Below, piece by piece: positions 12,850-25,212 of a stretch of 53,641 bases of DNA. The stretch comes from Octopus bimaculoides (lineage: Eukaryota), in contig NC_068986.1 of the NCBI RefSeq assembly GCF_001194135.2, forward strand, positions 28,609,391 through 28,663,031, in the 5' to 3' direction. A program made the position numbers and the translations under genes. A model generated the notes under the pieces. That model saw only the letters and a program-made list of their open reading frames with translations, was not told the DNA's origin and ran no database searches. Within the stretch, counting starts at the first letter, position 1. Each line of letters begins with the position of its first letter.

Positions 12850-14648
12850 AAACCTCAACCCACGAAACAAAAGACAGAAAATCTCATGGATGATCCAGTG
12901 CAATCCAAAACCCTAGAGAAGAGAAGAACTTTGGAGGGCACTCTAGGACATTCAGATTTTACCTGCAAGGCAAATGTTGGCATCGGGAAAACGGCAAAAA
13001 TTGCCGGTTTGCTCACCCGAGACCCCACCAAAACTACAGGGGCCTTAAGGAGAAACACTTACCCGAGGAAAGATAACAGTCGTCTCCAAAGGAAAAATAT
13101 AGTAAAGAAGTGCACCTTTCATAGGTAATGCGCAAAACAGCAGCTGAGCAAGAGTCTTTTTTGTGCATGGTGCAAAAGACTGTGCAGCAGCTGACCTGGC
13201 TAAACCAAGCACAAACAAGGAACCTTGCCCACCACTACGCAAGACCACCACAGTCAACAGACACAGGATGGCCTCCCCTAACGCCTGCATAGTCGTCACG
13301 CCGATATTTTTACTAAATATTGGGGGCCTGTTGCATCATAACAAAAGCAAAATTTCTTTCCTGAGAGACCTTGCTACATGCAACCAAGCTCTATGCATAG
13401 CACACGTGGAAACTCACCTCGGCCCTGATATAGAGGATGCAGATGTACATATACCAAAATATGCCATACTGCGAACAGACAGATGGGAAAAGAGCCATGG
13501 TGGAGTTGCTGTATATATCCGTGATGACGTCATACTCCAGGTATTACTGTCATACTCAAATTCGGTATGTGACACTCTAATTGTATACATAAGACAACAC
13601 AATATAGTAATATGTAATACGTATTGCCCACCGGATGCTCCAAACCACATAGGCAAGTTTGAAGATTACCTCACAAGAATTAAAGAAATCCTCATGAAAC
13701 TGGAACACCATGCGAGTGTATTTATTATGAGTGATTTCATCTTCCCCAACGTTAAATGGCCCGAAGGCCTCATGCTCTCAGGAACGACTCATTGCAAGCA
13801 AGCACAGGTGGAGTCCCTGTTCAACCTCACCAATACCCTATTCATGGAGCAAGTTGTACTCAGACCAACTAGGGTGAATGACATTTTGGATCTCTGCTTC
13901 ACGAACAATATGGACATCGTTCATGATGTGAAAGTGACGCCGACATTAGTCTCGTATCACAACATAGTAGAGCTGTGTATGTTTGGACAGAAAGTATCCA
14001 AAGGCATACAGGTTGCAAATCGACTCAACCAAACATCACAAAAGTAGCGAAAGGTCCCGCCTGAAAACAACACTGATGGAGATTGAAAAAAGCCTGCAAC
14101 AATTCTATGTGAGGAAGAGAGCAGACAAAGAAGCCTGGGTTATAAAAAACATAAAGTCAAACTCAAAGGCCTTTTTTCATTACGCGAAAGAAACCTTAGT
14201 ATCCAAAAGGATGGCTCCCTCACAAATCAGGATCAGTGAGGTACTGAATGACCTGTTCAAAAGTGTCTTTACCACCCCGTTGGAACACAGACAAGTGAAC
14301 GAACTAGTGGACTTCTTTGCCGCCTCACCTATAACCAGCGAGGCAGTTACGATGAAATACATCGACATTAGTGAAGAAGATATACTACTAGCCATAGATG
14401 AGGTGGACGCAAACTCAACTGTTGCTCTTGATCGTTTTCCGGCAATCCTCCTCAAATTGTGTAAGCGTGCCCTGGCAAAACCCCTCCAGATTCTCTTCCA
14501 GAGTTTTCTCGCAAATGGCAGACTGCCAAGCAAGCTGAAGGAGGGAACAATATGCCCAATCCATAAAGGCGGAAGCAGAACAGATGCCAAAAACTATAGG
14601 CCTATCTCTCTGACTTCACACATCAGCAAAGTCATGGAACGGATAGTC
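12850..14648 (+). mobile_element. Non-LTR retrotransposon (APE + RT; CR1/L2/Jockey-group-like or Proto2-like, clade unresolved), defective, 3' part lost in gap
   Basis: ORF2 from ATG 13268: LLNIGGL, VETHL, GGVAVYI, TYCPP, SDFIFP (GDFN), LDLCFTN, SYHNIV (SDH); after a frameshift IKSNSKAFFHYAK...ICPIHKGGSRTDAKNYRPISLTSHISKVMERIV. Upstream ORF1 remnant with a CCCH finger at 12951-13019. Confidence 0.93.
13268..14047 (+). pseudogene. LINE ORF2 apurinic endonuclease (APE) domain with substituted catalytic motifs
   Basis: All seven APE motifs in order; GDFN to SDFI and SDH to SYH changes imply inactivity. Confidence 0.88.
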
Positions 14649-15433
14649 NNNNNNNNNNNNNNNNNNNNNNNNNNNNNNNNNNNNNNNNNNNNNNNNNNNN
14701 NNNNNNNNNNNNNNNNNNNNNNNNNNNNNNNNNNNNNNNNNNNNNNNNNNNNNNNNNNNNNNNNNNNNNNNNNNNNNNNNNNNNNNNNNNNNNNNNNNNN
14801 NNNNNNNNNNNNNNNNNNNNNNNNNNNNNNNNNNNNNNNNNNNNNNNNNNNNNNNNNNNNNNNNNNNNNNNNNNNNNNNNNNNNNNNNNNNNNNNNNNNN
14901 NNNNNNNNNNNNNNNNNNNNNNNNNNNNNNNNNNNNNNNNNNNNNNNNNNNNNNNNNNNNNNNNNNNNNNNNNNNNNNNNNNNNNNNNNNNNNNNNNNNN
15001 NNNNNNNNNNNNNNNNNNNNNNNNNNNNNNNNNNNNNNNNNNNNNNNNNNNNNNNNNNNNNNNNNNNNNNNNNNNNNNNNNNNNNNNNNNNNNNNNNNNN
15101 NNNNNNNNNNNNNNNNNNNNNNNNNNNNNNNNNNNNNNNNNNNNNNNNNNNNNNNNNNNNNNNNNNNNNNNNNNNNNNNNNNNNNNNNNNNNNNNNNNNN
15201 NNNNNNNNNNNNNNNNNNNNNNNNNNNNNNNNNNNNNNNNNNNNNNNNNNNNNNNNNNNNNNNNNNNNNNNNNNNNNNNNNNNNNNNNNNNNNNNNNNNN
15301 NNNNGTAGATCAATTGCGTTGACATAAAATAGTGATTTATTAATCTCTTTTGTTTTCGTAATTTTGTAAAAGGAGTGCTCATAGTCTTTGCAAGCTTTCC
15401 CCAATTGGTGAGATCAATCTGGTGAATATTAAA

Positions 15434-15716
15434 TTTCTATCGATCACTTTTTTCCGAAGTGCTAGGTTATGAGTAAGTAAAAAAACCACTACCGATTATT
15501 CAATGGCGTGACATGACAAACACAGACCGCAAGACACACACATGAAAACTTACACACACACACACGGCGATTTTCCACACATTTCCTGTCTACCGACAAG
15601 GAACTGACTAGCCTAGTGCTATGGTAGAAGACATCTGCCCAAAGTACCACTCGGTGAGGCTGAAGCCGAAACTACGTGGTTGCAAAGCGAGATTCTTAAT
15701 CACACAGCCATGCCTG
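15434..15716 (-). mobile_element. SINE family C, diverged, with internal (CA)n
   Basis: Plus strand gacaaacacagac...(CA)n...cctgtctacc...gtagaagacatctgccc...cacacagccatgcctg. Confidence 0.7.
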
Positions 15717-17234
15717 GATCTATTTCAAGTATATTTTGAAATTTAAGCAGAGATGTAATGCAATATATATAACTTCACAGCAGATCATTTATACATACAT
15801 ACATACATACATACATACATACATACATACATACGTACAAACATACATACATATATGTAATTGTAACCTACTGTTATAACTGCAGACAAGCTAATGCTTT
15901 CGATTAGGAGACTACATTCTTTTCGTTCTCTTTCGAAATTTAATTGTCTCTTGTCCACAGAACAGTGCCAAAGTTCTTGCTAATGCTTAGGAAACCAAAC
16001 CAACCAATTTTGTGTTAAGACATTTGTAATGTCGATCACTCCGTTACTGTTCTTTAATTTACACTGTCAAGCGATGTTCCTTGTCTTTGTAGTAAATATT
16101 CTGAAAACTGTCATTAATAATGTTTGGCGAGAAGCGGCAACGGGTTAGCATCACATCGAGATTGACATTTGCCATTCACTGGCTTCTAACACCCTAAAAG
16201 GATTAGTTTGATTTTATTTTATTGTACTTTAATGGTCACGATCAACAGTTATCTGGCTGTGGTGTCATGATTAGCGATTCCTTTTCATAAATTTCTCTTT
16301 GTTCTCACGGTGTTCACCGACGACAACTGTTATTTGATTTCAAATCCCGAAACTTTCTTAACACATTCCAATGTCACGGTTAATGATTCCGAGACTTAAA
16401 TGTGTCAATCTTCACAGATCGCTATGTGACGATTAATAACTTGAAATTTTAACCTTTTGTTTTAATGCTCTTCAGACATGCCTAACGATCATAGGACATC
16501 CTCTCACGCTTAACATTACTCAACGGTTTTAAATAGTATTTTCAATGTGAAAAATACCGATTAACTATAACAAGCTCCTCAATCTCTATTTTCTGCTACT
16601 AAGTCACGTGTTTACACCAGAAATGTTTGAATGGGCCCGCATGGAGGTGGGGGAAGGCGAATACTTTTAATTGTGTTGAATTTCATCGGTTCATCGCATA
16701 ATGCTATTTATCGTTTCGGTAACAAGACAGATACGGTAATTTTTAAAAATCAATTTTGGATCCTACACACAGTGAAACAACTAATTGCATAAGAAATAAG
16801 CATGCGCAAGCACACACAAACACCGACAGGAAAACTGAATCATGCTTAGATTAGAGTTGCGTTGAAACGGGGAATAACAAGGTTTTAAATAATTTTATAC
16901 ACAAAAATACATAATGAAAATAATGTAGTCATATATATAAACATAGGTACGTAAAAAGTACGCAGAGATATAAACGTATTTGCGTACAGGGATATAGTAT
17001 AAAAGGTAGGAAAACTTACCGATTTTGCAAACTTTCATTCTGCTTGTGTAAAAATGTGAGAAACAGAAAGATTAAAAAGCAGAGAAAGCAATCTGCCACT
17101 GTAAAACACACGCGCATACGTATATATGTATATATATATATATATATGTATGTATATATATGTGTGTGTATGTATGTAAACGTATGCGTGTGTTTTACAT
17201 TGGCAGAATAAAAGAATAAAAGAATATATATATG

Positions 17235-17297
17235 TATTCTTTTATTTGTTTCAGTCATTTGACTGCAGCCATACTGGAGCACCGCCTTTAGTCGAAA
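17235..17297 (-). mobile_element. SINE family C, 3' tail fragment abutting the Penelope remnant
   Basis: ttttatttgtttcagtcatttgactgcagccatactggagcaccgcctttagtcga. Confidence 0.8.
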
Positions 17298-17985
17298 TGC
17301 TTACCTATTAATTTAAGGAACATTCTACCCACTGGCGTTTTTGTGTTAAGACAGAAGGAGTGAGGGGAAAACCAAATGGTATTTCTGCAGCACTTCCTTC
17401 TGCGGTTGTTGGGTTCCGGCATGTAAAAGATGCGGTCCCTAAATCCGCTGGCAGCTAGAGCCCTCGTTATAGTACGGGGTCTCTGCATCGAAAATCTCTT
17501 GGTTGGAGTAAAGGTTCGTGATCCTCTTACTAACACCCTTTGCCAAGTTTTTGGAAACGATGAGTGGGTGGCAGGTGGCTGTGTTGATGGATGTTAGCCT
17601 CTCGTTTGGTTTGCAGTAAAGCCTGTATTCACCGGAGCCCGATTTGACCGTGACGTCTAAGACGTCCGCGGTTGTGAGGTTAGTCTCTATGGTGATTTTT
17701 AGTCCCACGGAGGCAAGCGTGCTGATTAGATCTTTTCTAAGCCTGTCTAGTGTATTCCTGTTTGCTCCCCTAGAGATGGCCAGGGTATCATCTCTGTAGA
17801 GGCCAAAAAGGACAGAGGGGAACTTTTTCTAATGGTACCGAGGATATACAACCCGATGAGGTCGCATACGTCAACGCTGTCTTAGGCTCCCATCGTTACT
17901 CAACTACGAAATGTCTTTAACCAAAACTTAGCTCTCAGAGAGTCTTTGACCAAAGTATGGATAGTATATTCAGCGAAACGGTCTA
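17293..17985 (-). mobile_element. Penelope-like element (PLE) reverse transcriptase remnant
   Basis: Minus strand with frameshifts and a stop: VTMGA*DSVDVCDLIGLYIL / FGLYRDDTLAI (YRDD at 17787-17798) ...GLKITIETNLTTADVLDVT...YCKPNERLTSINTATCHPLIVSKNL...NQEIFDAETPYY / RALAASGF...RNTIWFSP...VGRMFLKLIGKHF, typical PLE RT and thumb motifs. Confidence 0.9.
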
Positions 17986-18063
17986 TCTCCTTTTATCTCT
18001 TCTTTTCATTTTCCATTTTTAATGTATTTGAGTGAACTGCGAGGAAGTGTAATATGTGTTACT

Positions 18064-18302
18064 TATTTCTTTATTGCCCACAAGGGGCTAAACATGGAGG
18101 GGACAAACAAGGACAGACAAACGGATTAAGTCGATTACATCGACCCCAGTGCCAAACTGGTACTAAATTTATCGACTCCGAAAGGATGAAAGGCAAAGTC
18201 GACCTCGGCGGAATTTGAACTCAGAACGTAACGGCAGACGAAATTCTGCTAAGCATTTCGCCCGGTGTGTTAACGTTTCTGCCAGCTCGCCACCTTGTAA
18301 TC
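18064..18302 (-). mobile_element. SINE family B, young full-length copy with 16-bp TSD
   Basis: TSD tgtaatatgtgttact at 18048-18063 and 18303-18318; tail ccccttgtgggcaataaagaaataa. Confidence 0.93.
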
Positions 18303-18762
18303 TGTAATATGTGTTACTATAGATCAAATAGGTATTAGTTTATCAGCGTTTTCAGAAACAGTTGCTGTTTCAGAAACAGTTTTCCTCAATTCGGTCCCCC
18401 AGTGATCGAGTGGATCAGACGTTTTAGCTACAACCATGCTAACTTTTCTGAGGTACAGTGTACTCTGGAATATATGATTGTAACGTGTTCTTTTTAAGAT
18501 GGTAGGTTATGATTTAAGAGAAATTTAGTTGCTATTTCTTGTACATTTAGTGAAGACGTCGAAGCTCTCCTCATAGTTCGCTTGAGAAACAGTTGTTGTC
18601 GTTACTTAATTGATTCGAAGATAACTCTCCCTTTAAGTTTGTATTCAAAGCTGGCTTTTGTAAATCTTTAGTGAATCACTGAAAATTAATAAAGTTTTCT
18701 TTCATTTACAAGTTTTAGTTCGAGATCTTCTCTTTCTTCAGAAGACAAACCTTGTAAAGCTC

Positions 18763-18971
18763 TCTTCTTCTTCTTCTTCTTCTTCTTCTTCTTCCCCTCC
18801 TCTTCTTCCTCCTCCTCCTTCTTCTTCTTCTTCTTCTTCTTCTTCTTCTTCTTCTTCTTCTTCTTCTTCTTCTTCTTCTTCTTCTTCTTCTTCTTCTTCT
18901 TCTTCTTCTTCTTCTTCTTCTTCTTCTTCTTCTTCTTCTTCTTCTTCTTCTTCTTCTTCTTCTTCTTCTTC
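18763..18971. repeat. Long (TTC/GAA)n tract, about 51 uninterrupted units at 18818-18971
   Basis: Direct reading; one CCT-rich interruption at about 18795-18817. Confidence 0.97.
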
Positions 18972-20379
18972 GTCCTCTTTTCATTGTTCTAATACACACC
19001 TATAAGAGTTCGTGATATATATATATATCTTGAATTCATCTGGGAACGCATACATGCCACACTACATAGGCATGTGTGCATGTACATGAAGCACACACAC
19101 ACACACTTATTATTGGTTCAACCCGATGAAGTGTAAACATGCTATCTTTATTCCCACCGAATATTACAGTTTATCGAATTATAATACCACCAAAAACTCT
19201 TTGCCGATCGCCACAGTATAATAAATTAACTTCCACATATCAAAAACTCGCCAACTAATGCGCTAAATCCACGACATAAACCTTGAAAGTTATTCAACAT
19301 ACAGTTGAAAATTATTCTTCTAGGCCTCTTGACAACTTATCTATTCTTTCAAGAGATCGTGCAAGAGTTAAACAGCAAATAAGTGTTGCTTTACTGGCAG
19401 GCCAATTAGATTCAAATATATCAAGTGTGTTGATGTCCTCTTTATATTAGAATATTCCATAAACCAGGAGAAACACACATGCGAGCAGACTGCAACAAAT
19501 AGCGCCTGTGGGTGAGTAAAGGTTATTAGGAAAAGAGAAAGCCTATAAAAGATGGCAGTAGGGCTTCTGGCCAGGTCAATGCAGAGTAGTTAGCTGGTCT
19601 GATTGCAAGCTGAATAGGTACGCGAGAGATGGTTGATTGGTTCAACGTATCAGACATGTCTTGAGGTAAAAAAATAGACTCAATTTGTCTCAGAAACTCT
19701 AGAACTGCACCGTCGTTATCAATTTAAAATATCTCCTTCTTTGTATCTCATTTCTACTTAAATGTTAAGACAGCCGATTTGTCTGGAAGTCATGATCCAC
19801 TACTTTACATCGTATTTTCCTACTTCGACTCAGCGATGCAAGCATCATCATAATTCCATTATTGACCCTCTTAAAGTACTTCTACTTGAGTGAAAATCCT
19901 CTCTTAAGGCAAATAATTACACGAATCTAGTCCTTAGCAAGATATCGAGCGTAGTTTGTCATATATCTTTCCGTTATACGATATTTGGAAACTGGTTGAA
20001 AAGCCCTTTTCGCTATTTGGACAATATTAACATAGATTTATATATTAGAAGTAACTTTTCATGATTTGTTTTTGTTGTTGTTGTGTTTTTCCTTTTTGAA
20101 AGATAATGGGGAAAATAGTAGAAAAGAACATGTCATTGCTTAATTAATGTTCTGTGAAAATAAAATCGAAAATGATTATCGTTTAAAATTGTTTATCTTT
20201 GATATTTAACACTGCAAATAGTATTAAGTATTACTAAGGCAGCGGTAACGATTTATTTTAGTCATATGATGCTTCGTAAAGAGTTATACAAATTATCAAC
20301 ATACATGTTTAGTCTGGGGATTAATATATTATTTGATAACAACTATTAACGAAACGCTTGCTATATCAAATTAATATAT

Positions 20380-20440
<61 letters not shown>

Positions 20441-20774
20441 CTTCGTTTGTATGGAAACTGATAATGCTAATTATCCAATTCTCCGTGCTGATGAATAACT
20501 TCAAGTTTTATATTTAGGTACATGATACCTAAAACTGAGCTTATAAACTGCTTAGATAGTATGTATAATTTCTGTTATTATCTGATGATATTATCAAAAC
20601 TATATTGACATGTAGTATGTAACAATCCAGCGATATTGTTTAATATTTTACTGCTTTATCACAATAGCTTTATCGGATTATATCATAATCTCTAAATAGA
20701 AATTTTCATAATACTAAATTTAAAATATCGTAAGTATTATGTATGAACAAGCTATTATAACTAACATTGATTTC

Positions 20775-21328
20775 GGATCTTTTTTAAAACGGGGGCCACA
20801 TTTTTCATTAACGAAACACTTTGAAACTTGGAACACTGGTAGAATGTGTCATATAAAACATCTTTTTCTCTTAGTCTTCTTAAAAAAAAAAAGAAATCAC
20901 TAAGTTATTCCATGTTAAAGTTGTCGTATTTCTGTAATTTCAACCAATCACTGACGTCCATTCAGCCGATATACATTAAGTGCCGACTACATAAAGAAAC
21001 GATTCTGAAACAATTCTATCGGTGATAGGGTTAGGGTAAAACAGCAAATTTAAAAAGAAAAAAGCAAAACGAAGGTATGGAAATTAAATACGCTTTACAC
21101 CGCTTAATCAGCCAAAGGAGTAAATGTAAACAACTGAATACTTGTCAGTGATTGGTTGAAATTATCGAAATAAGACAATTTTTTACATGAAATAAATTCG
21201 AATACAAAAATATTTTTCTGTTCTATAACACAAAATAGATAAGTATACGAAGTTTGAAAGTCTTTCGGTACCAAAAACACTACGTAAAACATTAATGAAA
21301 AATGTGGCCCCCGTTTTAAAAAAGATCC
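20775..21328. mobile_element. Non-autonomous DNA transposon (MITE), Merlin-like
   Basis: Perfect 37-bp TIRs ggatcttttttaaaacgggggccacatttttcattaa (20775-20811 and 21292-21328); 8-bp TSD ttgatttc (20767-20774 and 21329-21336); internal 21-bp inverted repeat 20935-20955 / 21144-21164. Confidence 0.92.
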
Positions 21329-21343
21329 TTGATTTCTAATATA

Positions 21344-21525
21344 GGCACAAGAGCAGAGATTTTCTGCAAAAGATATAATCAATGTATCGATGTGTTATTT
21401 GGCTGGTAATTTATATTTTTCAACCCGGAAAAAGAAAAGCCAAAGTTAAACTCGGCGTGATTTGAAACCTGAAGTCGTACTAAGCACTTGGAAGGTATTC
21501 TATCTGATGCGCTATCGATCCTGCG
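21344..21525 (-). mobile_element. SINE family B, highly diverged
   Basis: ggcacaag...caacccggaaaaagaaaagccaaagttaaactcggcgtgatttgaaac aligns to the reverse complement of family B. Confidence 0.55.
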
Positions 21526-21687
21526 AATACACAGATATTTAGCATTATTAGCATTGAAACGTTTATTAATCTATAGCAAAGTGTCAATCTGCTACTTGAT
21601 AATATATTGGTTTTATAATATATATATAAGCACACACACACACACACACGAGCTAACGTATTACCCCTATAATTATTATGTGAGCCA

Positions 21688-21877
21688 AAGGCGGTGGGCT
21701 GGCAGAGTTGTTCTCGGGCTGGACAAAATGCTTACCGATAGTTCTTCCGACTCTACGTTCTGAGTTCAAATACCAACGAGGTCGACATTGCCTTTCATTC
21801 TTTCGAGTTCGATAAAATAAATTGCCTGTTGAGCATCTCCCCTCAGAATTGCTGTCCTCGTGCCAAAATTAGAGAAG
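21688..21877 (+). mobile_element. SINE family B, diverged, with degenerate TSD
   Basis: aaggcggtgggctggcagag...gttctgagttcaaatacc...gcctttcattctttcgagttcgataaaat; flanks ataattattatgtgagc and ataattactaggtgagc. Confidence 0.8.
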
Positions 21878-22168
21878 ATAATTACTAGGTGAGCTAGCTG
21901 GGAATCCTCTGGGAATCCTCTACGTAGTCGATAGAAATAACAGGTGCACACACATACACACACACATACACACACAAATACACACAGGCAGGCACGCGCA
22001 AACATACATACAGGTGCACACCTCATACACACATTCGACGGACTTTTGTTCAATCCGAATCTACCAAATTTCACCTCAGAAGTCAGCTTACCTGAAGCTC
22101 AGGTGGATCCACACTATTTCGAAGCCAACATCTTTACCCCAACAACCGTTAAAAGATAACTGCTTACG

Positions 22169-22546
22169 TCTTTTATCTTTTATCTTTTACTTGTTTCAGT
22201 CATTAGACTGCGGCCATGCTGGGGCACCACCTCGAAGTATTTTAGTCGAACGAATCGACTCCAGTGTCGTTTTTTAAAGCATGTTGCTTATTTTTTCGAT
22301 CTCTTGTGTCGAACCGCTATGTTACAATGTCGTAAATACACCAACACCGGTTGTCAAGTGGTAGCGGAGGACAAACACAGACACACACGTACACACTCTT
22401 ATACACATTTCACCAAATTCACTCACATGGCTTTAGTCGGCAGGAAATTACAGTGAAGATACTTATCCAAGGTGCCACACAGTGGGATTAATCCCGGAGG
22501 CATGTGAATGGGAAGGAAACTTCTTAACACAGAGCCATGCCTACGC
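22169..22546 (-). mobile_element. SINE family C, near full length with internal (CA)n
   Basis: Tail, middle segment, SSR at about 22372-22408, core and head in the expected order. Confidence 0.85.
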
Positions 22547-22645
22547 TTGTGTATGGAATATATTTAGATTTATTACAGGGAATAGAGTAACTACTGTATA
22601 TGTATATATATATATATTTTTCTCTCCTTGTTTTTTTCTGTATTC

Positions 22646-22681
22646 CTTTCTGTTGAAGAGCGTAGGCTCGAAACGTCAAAG
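22646..22681 (+). ncRNA. Hammerhead-like motif with variant core (CUGUUGA)
   Basis: CTTT CTGTTGA A GAGC GTAG GCTC GAAAC GTC AAAG: helix I CUUU/AAAG, helix II GAGC/GCUC, palindromic helix III ACGU, GUC site; A6 replaced by U. Confidence 0.6.
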
Positions 22682-23920
22682 ACTTTCTCTGTTCCCGAGC
22701 GTTATACTAATACATCCATTTGTTGTTTACACCACCTGTCTTCGTCTGTTGTTTTTTCGTGAATTCTCCCCCATATATATGTATATATATATNNNNNNNN
22801 NNNNNNNNNNNNNNNNNNNNNNNNNNNNNNNNNNNNNNNNNNNNNNNNNNNNNNNNNNNNNNNNNNNNNNNNNNNNNNNNNNNNNNNNNNNNNNNNNNNN
22901 NNNNNNNNNNNNNNNNNNNNNNNNNNNNNNNNNNNNNNNNNNNNNNNNTGTGTGTGTGTGTGTGTGTGTACTCGCACGCATACATTGTAAAGACGTATAT
23001 TTAAATGTTTGTTTGCGTCAAGTTACGTAGAAAACTAATTTAATATTAAACTGAAAGATTACTTAATATCGTTTTGTAGGGTTGATTTTTTATTATTATT
23101 TCACAATAAAATATCGATTTCGGAATCGAAGTTTTGGCTTCCTGTCTGTTGTCAGAGGAAACGGAAACTCCAAAGTCACTATCAGCATTGTCCTTGTAAA
23201 ATATAATACATGTGTGCGTATGTGTATTTAGATGTATACCTCATATTTCTTCGCCTGCATGATGGCGATATATTTGGGGCATTGACGAATCGATAGCGTA
23301 ATGTCGATCCTCCACCATCGAAACCATTTCATTTAATTAACACTACACTACTACCCTTGGGAAAGGCATGCACATCACGCTTCCCATTTACTTATTTCCC
23401 TAACGCTTAGGAGACTTCTCGGTCATGTAAAGAAAAAACAAACATACAAAACTAAAAGGCAAAAACATAACAAAACAGAAGAGCGAAATAAATATCGAAA
23501 GAAAATTAACCAATATTTCACATGACAATGAAATTAGGAAAAAGAGGCTAAATATAAAGTAGGAAAAAGGAAATAAATAATTCAATGTTATCTAATTTAT
23601 CGATAATATTTAAATGCTTGATGTTTTAATAGCTCACAAAATAATTACAAACACTGAAAGAAATGCATTTAATGGCCGCTATCATGATGCGGATGAATTC
23701 CACAGATAATCATTGTTACACATGTATGTGTGTGTGTGTGTGTGTTTGTCTCTGTGTGTGTGTAAGTGTATGTGTGTGTTTGTCTGTGTGCATGTAGGTG
23801 TATGTCCGTGTTTGTGTGTGTGTGTGTGTGTAAATGTATGTGTGTGAGTGTTTGTGTGTGTGTAAATGTATGTGTGTGTGAGTGTTTGTGTGTGTCTGTG
23901 TATGCATATATGTGTAAGTA

Positions 23921-23958
<38 letters not shown>

Positions 23959-24399
23959 TGTGTGAAGAAGGAAATATAAAAACACACACGTAAAAAGCCG
24001 CCATCAATTTTACATCACGCACCGATATAGAAGTTCGGTAATTACCTGTGGAGACAATACAAAAATACTCTATTAGACATCAAAATATATGAATTTATGT
24101 ACTTTCACTATCAAGTATGAAGTATCTGTGTTTCGTTTTTATTATCGACGTAAAATTCAATTAGTAATCCAACATAAAAATGTCAAACTAGATTTTTCCC
24201 TCTTTAAATTTAACACAATGTTGGTATTCGTTTTGTCGGTTGGATGTTGGACTTCCATTGCACGAGTGGTCAGATCGAATCTGTCTCCGAGCCACTCACC
24301 ATAGACACCATAGCTCAAAATCTATGGCCAAAGTTATGCAGTTGTAAATCCGTATTGTATATAAACAGAATTGAAACCAGGGTATTGGCAACCATATAA

Positions 24400-24797
24400 T
24401 CTATACTCCTCTCAACCCTTCAGTAGATGCACCCCTTATCTCAAAGCTATTGTGTGCATTCCCTTTTCTCAGCTCTATATGCTGTTCCCTTTTCCCACCC
24501 CAACAATGAGTTTTCCCTTCTTCCAAGCCTTCTCGCAACCTTACAATGTGCGACATTTTTTTCTGAACCCTACAGTATGTGCGCCCCCTTCTCCCAGGTT
24601 TATATATTGTTCCCTTCTCCCAATCCTACAATGAGTGTTCCTTCTTCCAAACCTACAATATACCCCCCTTCTCCCAGCCCTTCAATATGTATCCCCTTCT
24701 CCCCGCTCTACAATATACTCCTCCTAGCCCTACAACTAACATCTCCTTTCCCCAACCTTACAATATATGCCTCCTTCTCCCAATCCTACAATGTGAG
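24400..24797. repeat. Degenerate minisatellite, about 27-bp unit (approx. ccccttctcccaaccctacaatatgtg), about 14 units
   Basis: Recurrent cccttctccca...ctacaat at 26-28 bp spacing; frameshifts across units. Confidence 0.85.
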
Positions 24798-25212
24798 CTC
24801 ACTTCATTAACCTTTTCCTACAACTTCCGTCTTCATCCTAATTTTACACCAATTGAAAAATACACTCAGAAGGTTATATCTTATTAGCAAATAAGATATC
24901 TATAGCTTTATGATCTTGGGCATTACTGAATAAATCTGTTATCTGCTAAAATTTGAAACGTTTCACATCAAATCAGGTGACAAACCATAAACTGCATCAC
25001 CTTTCTCTCTACGCCACCGTCTTACCCCTGTTCTCTATTTTTTTTTTCTTCCGAGAGTGATATCACCTGCTCTCACGCTTTTAGTTAGATTAAGCTTTTG
25101 CCTATTCTATGTATCACATATGATACATCCTACCCTGTGTATGACATATGATACAGAGGATATAGTTCCCTAACGTCCATGCATCATCATATATACATCA
25201 TATATGATACAT

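Noticed and set aside
15900-16560. Faint RTE-like RT C-terminus on the minus strand
   Set aside because: No diagnostic motif could be read with confidence
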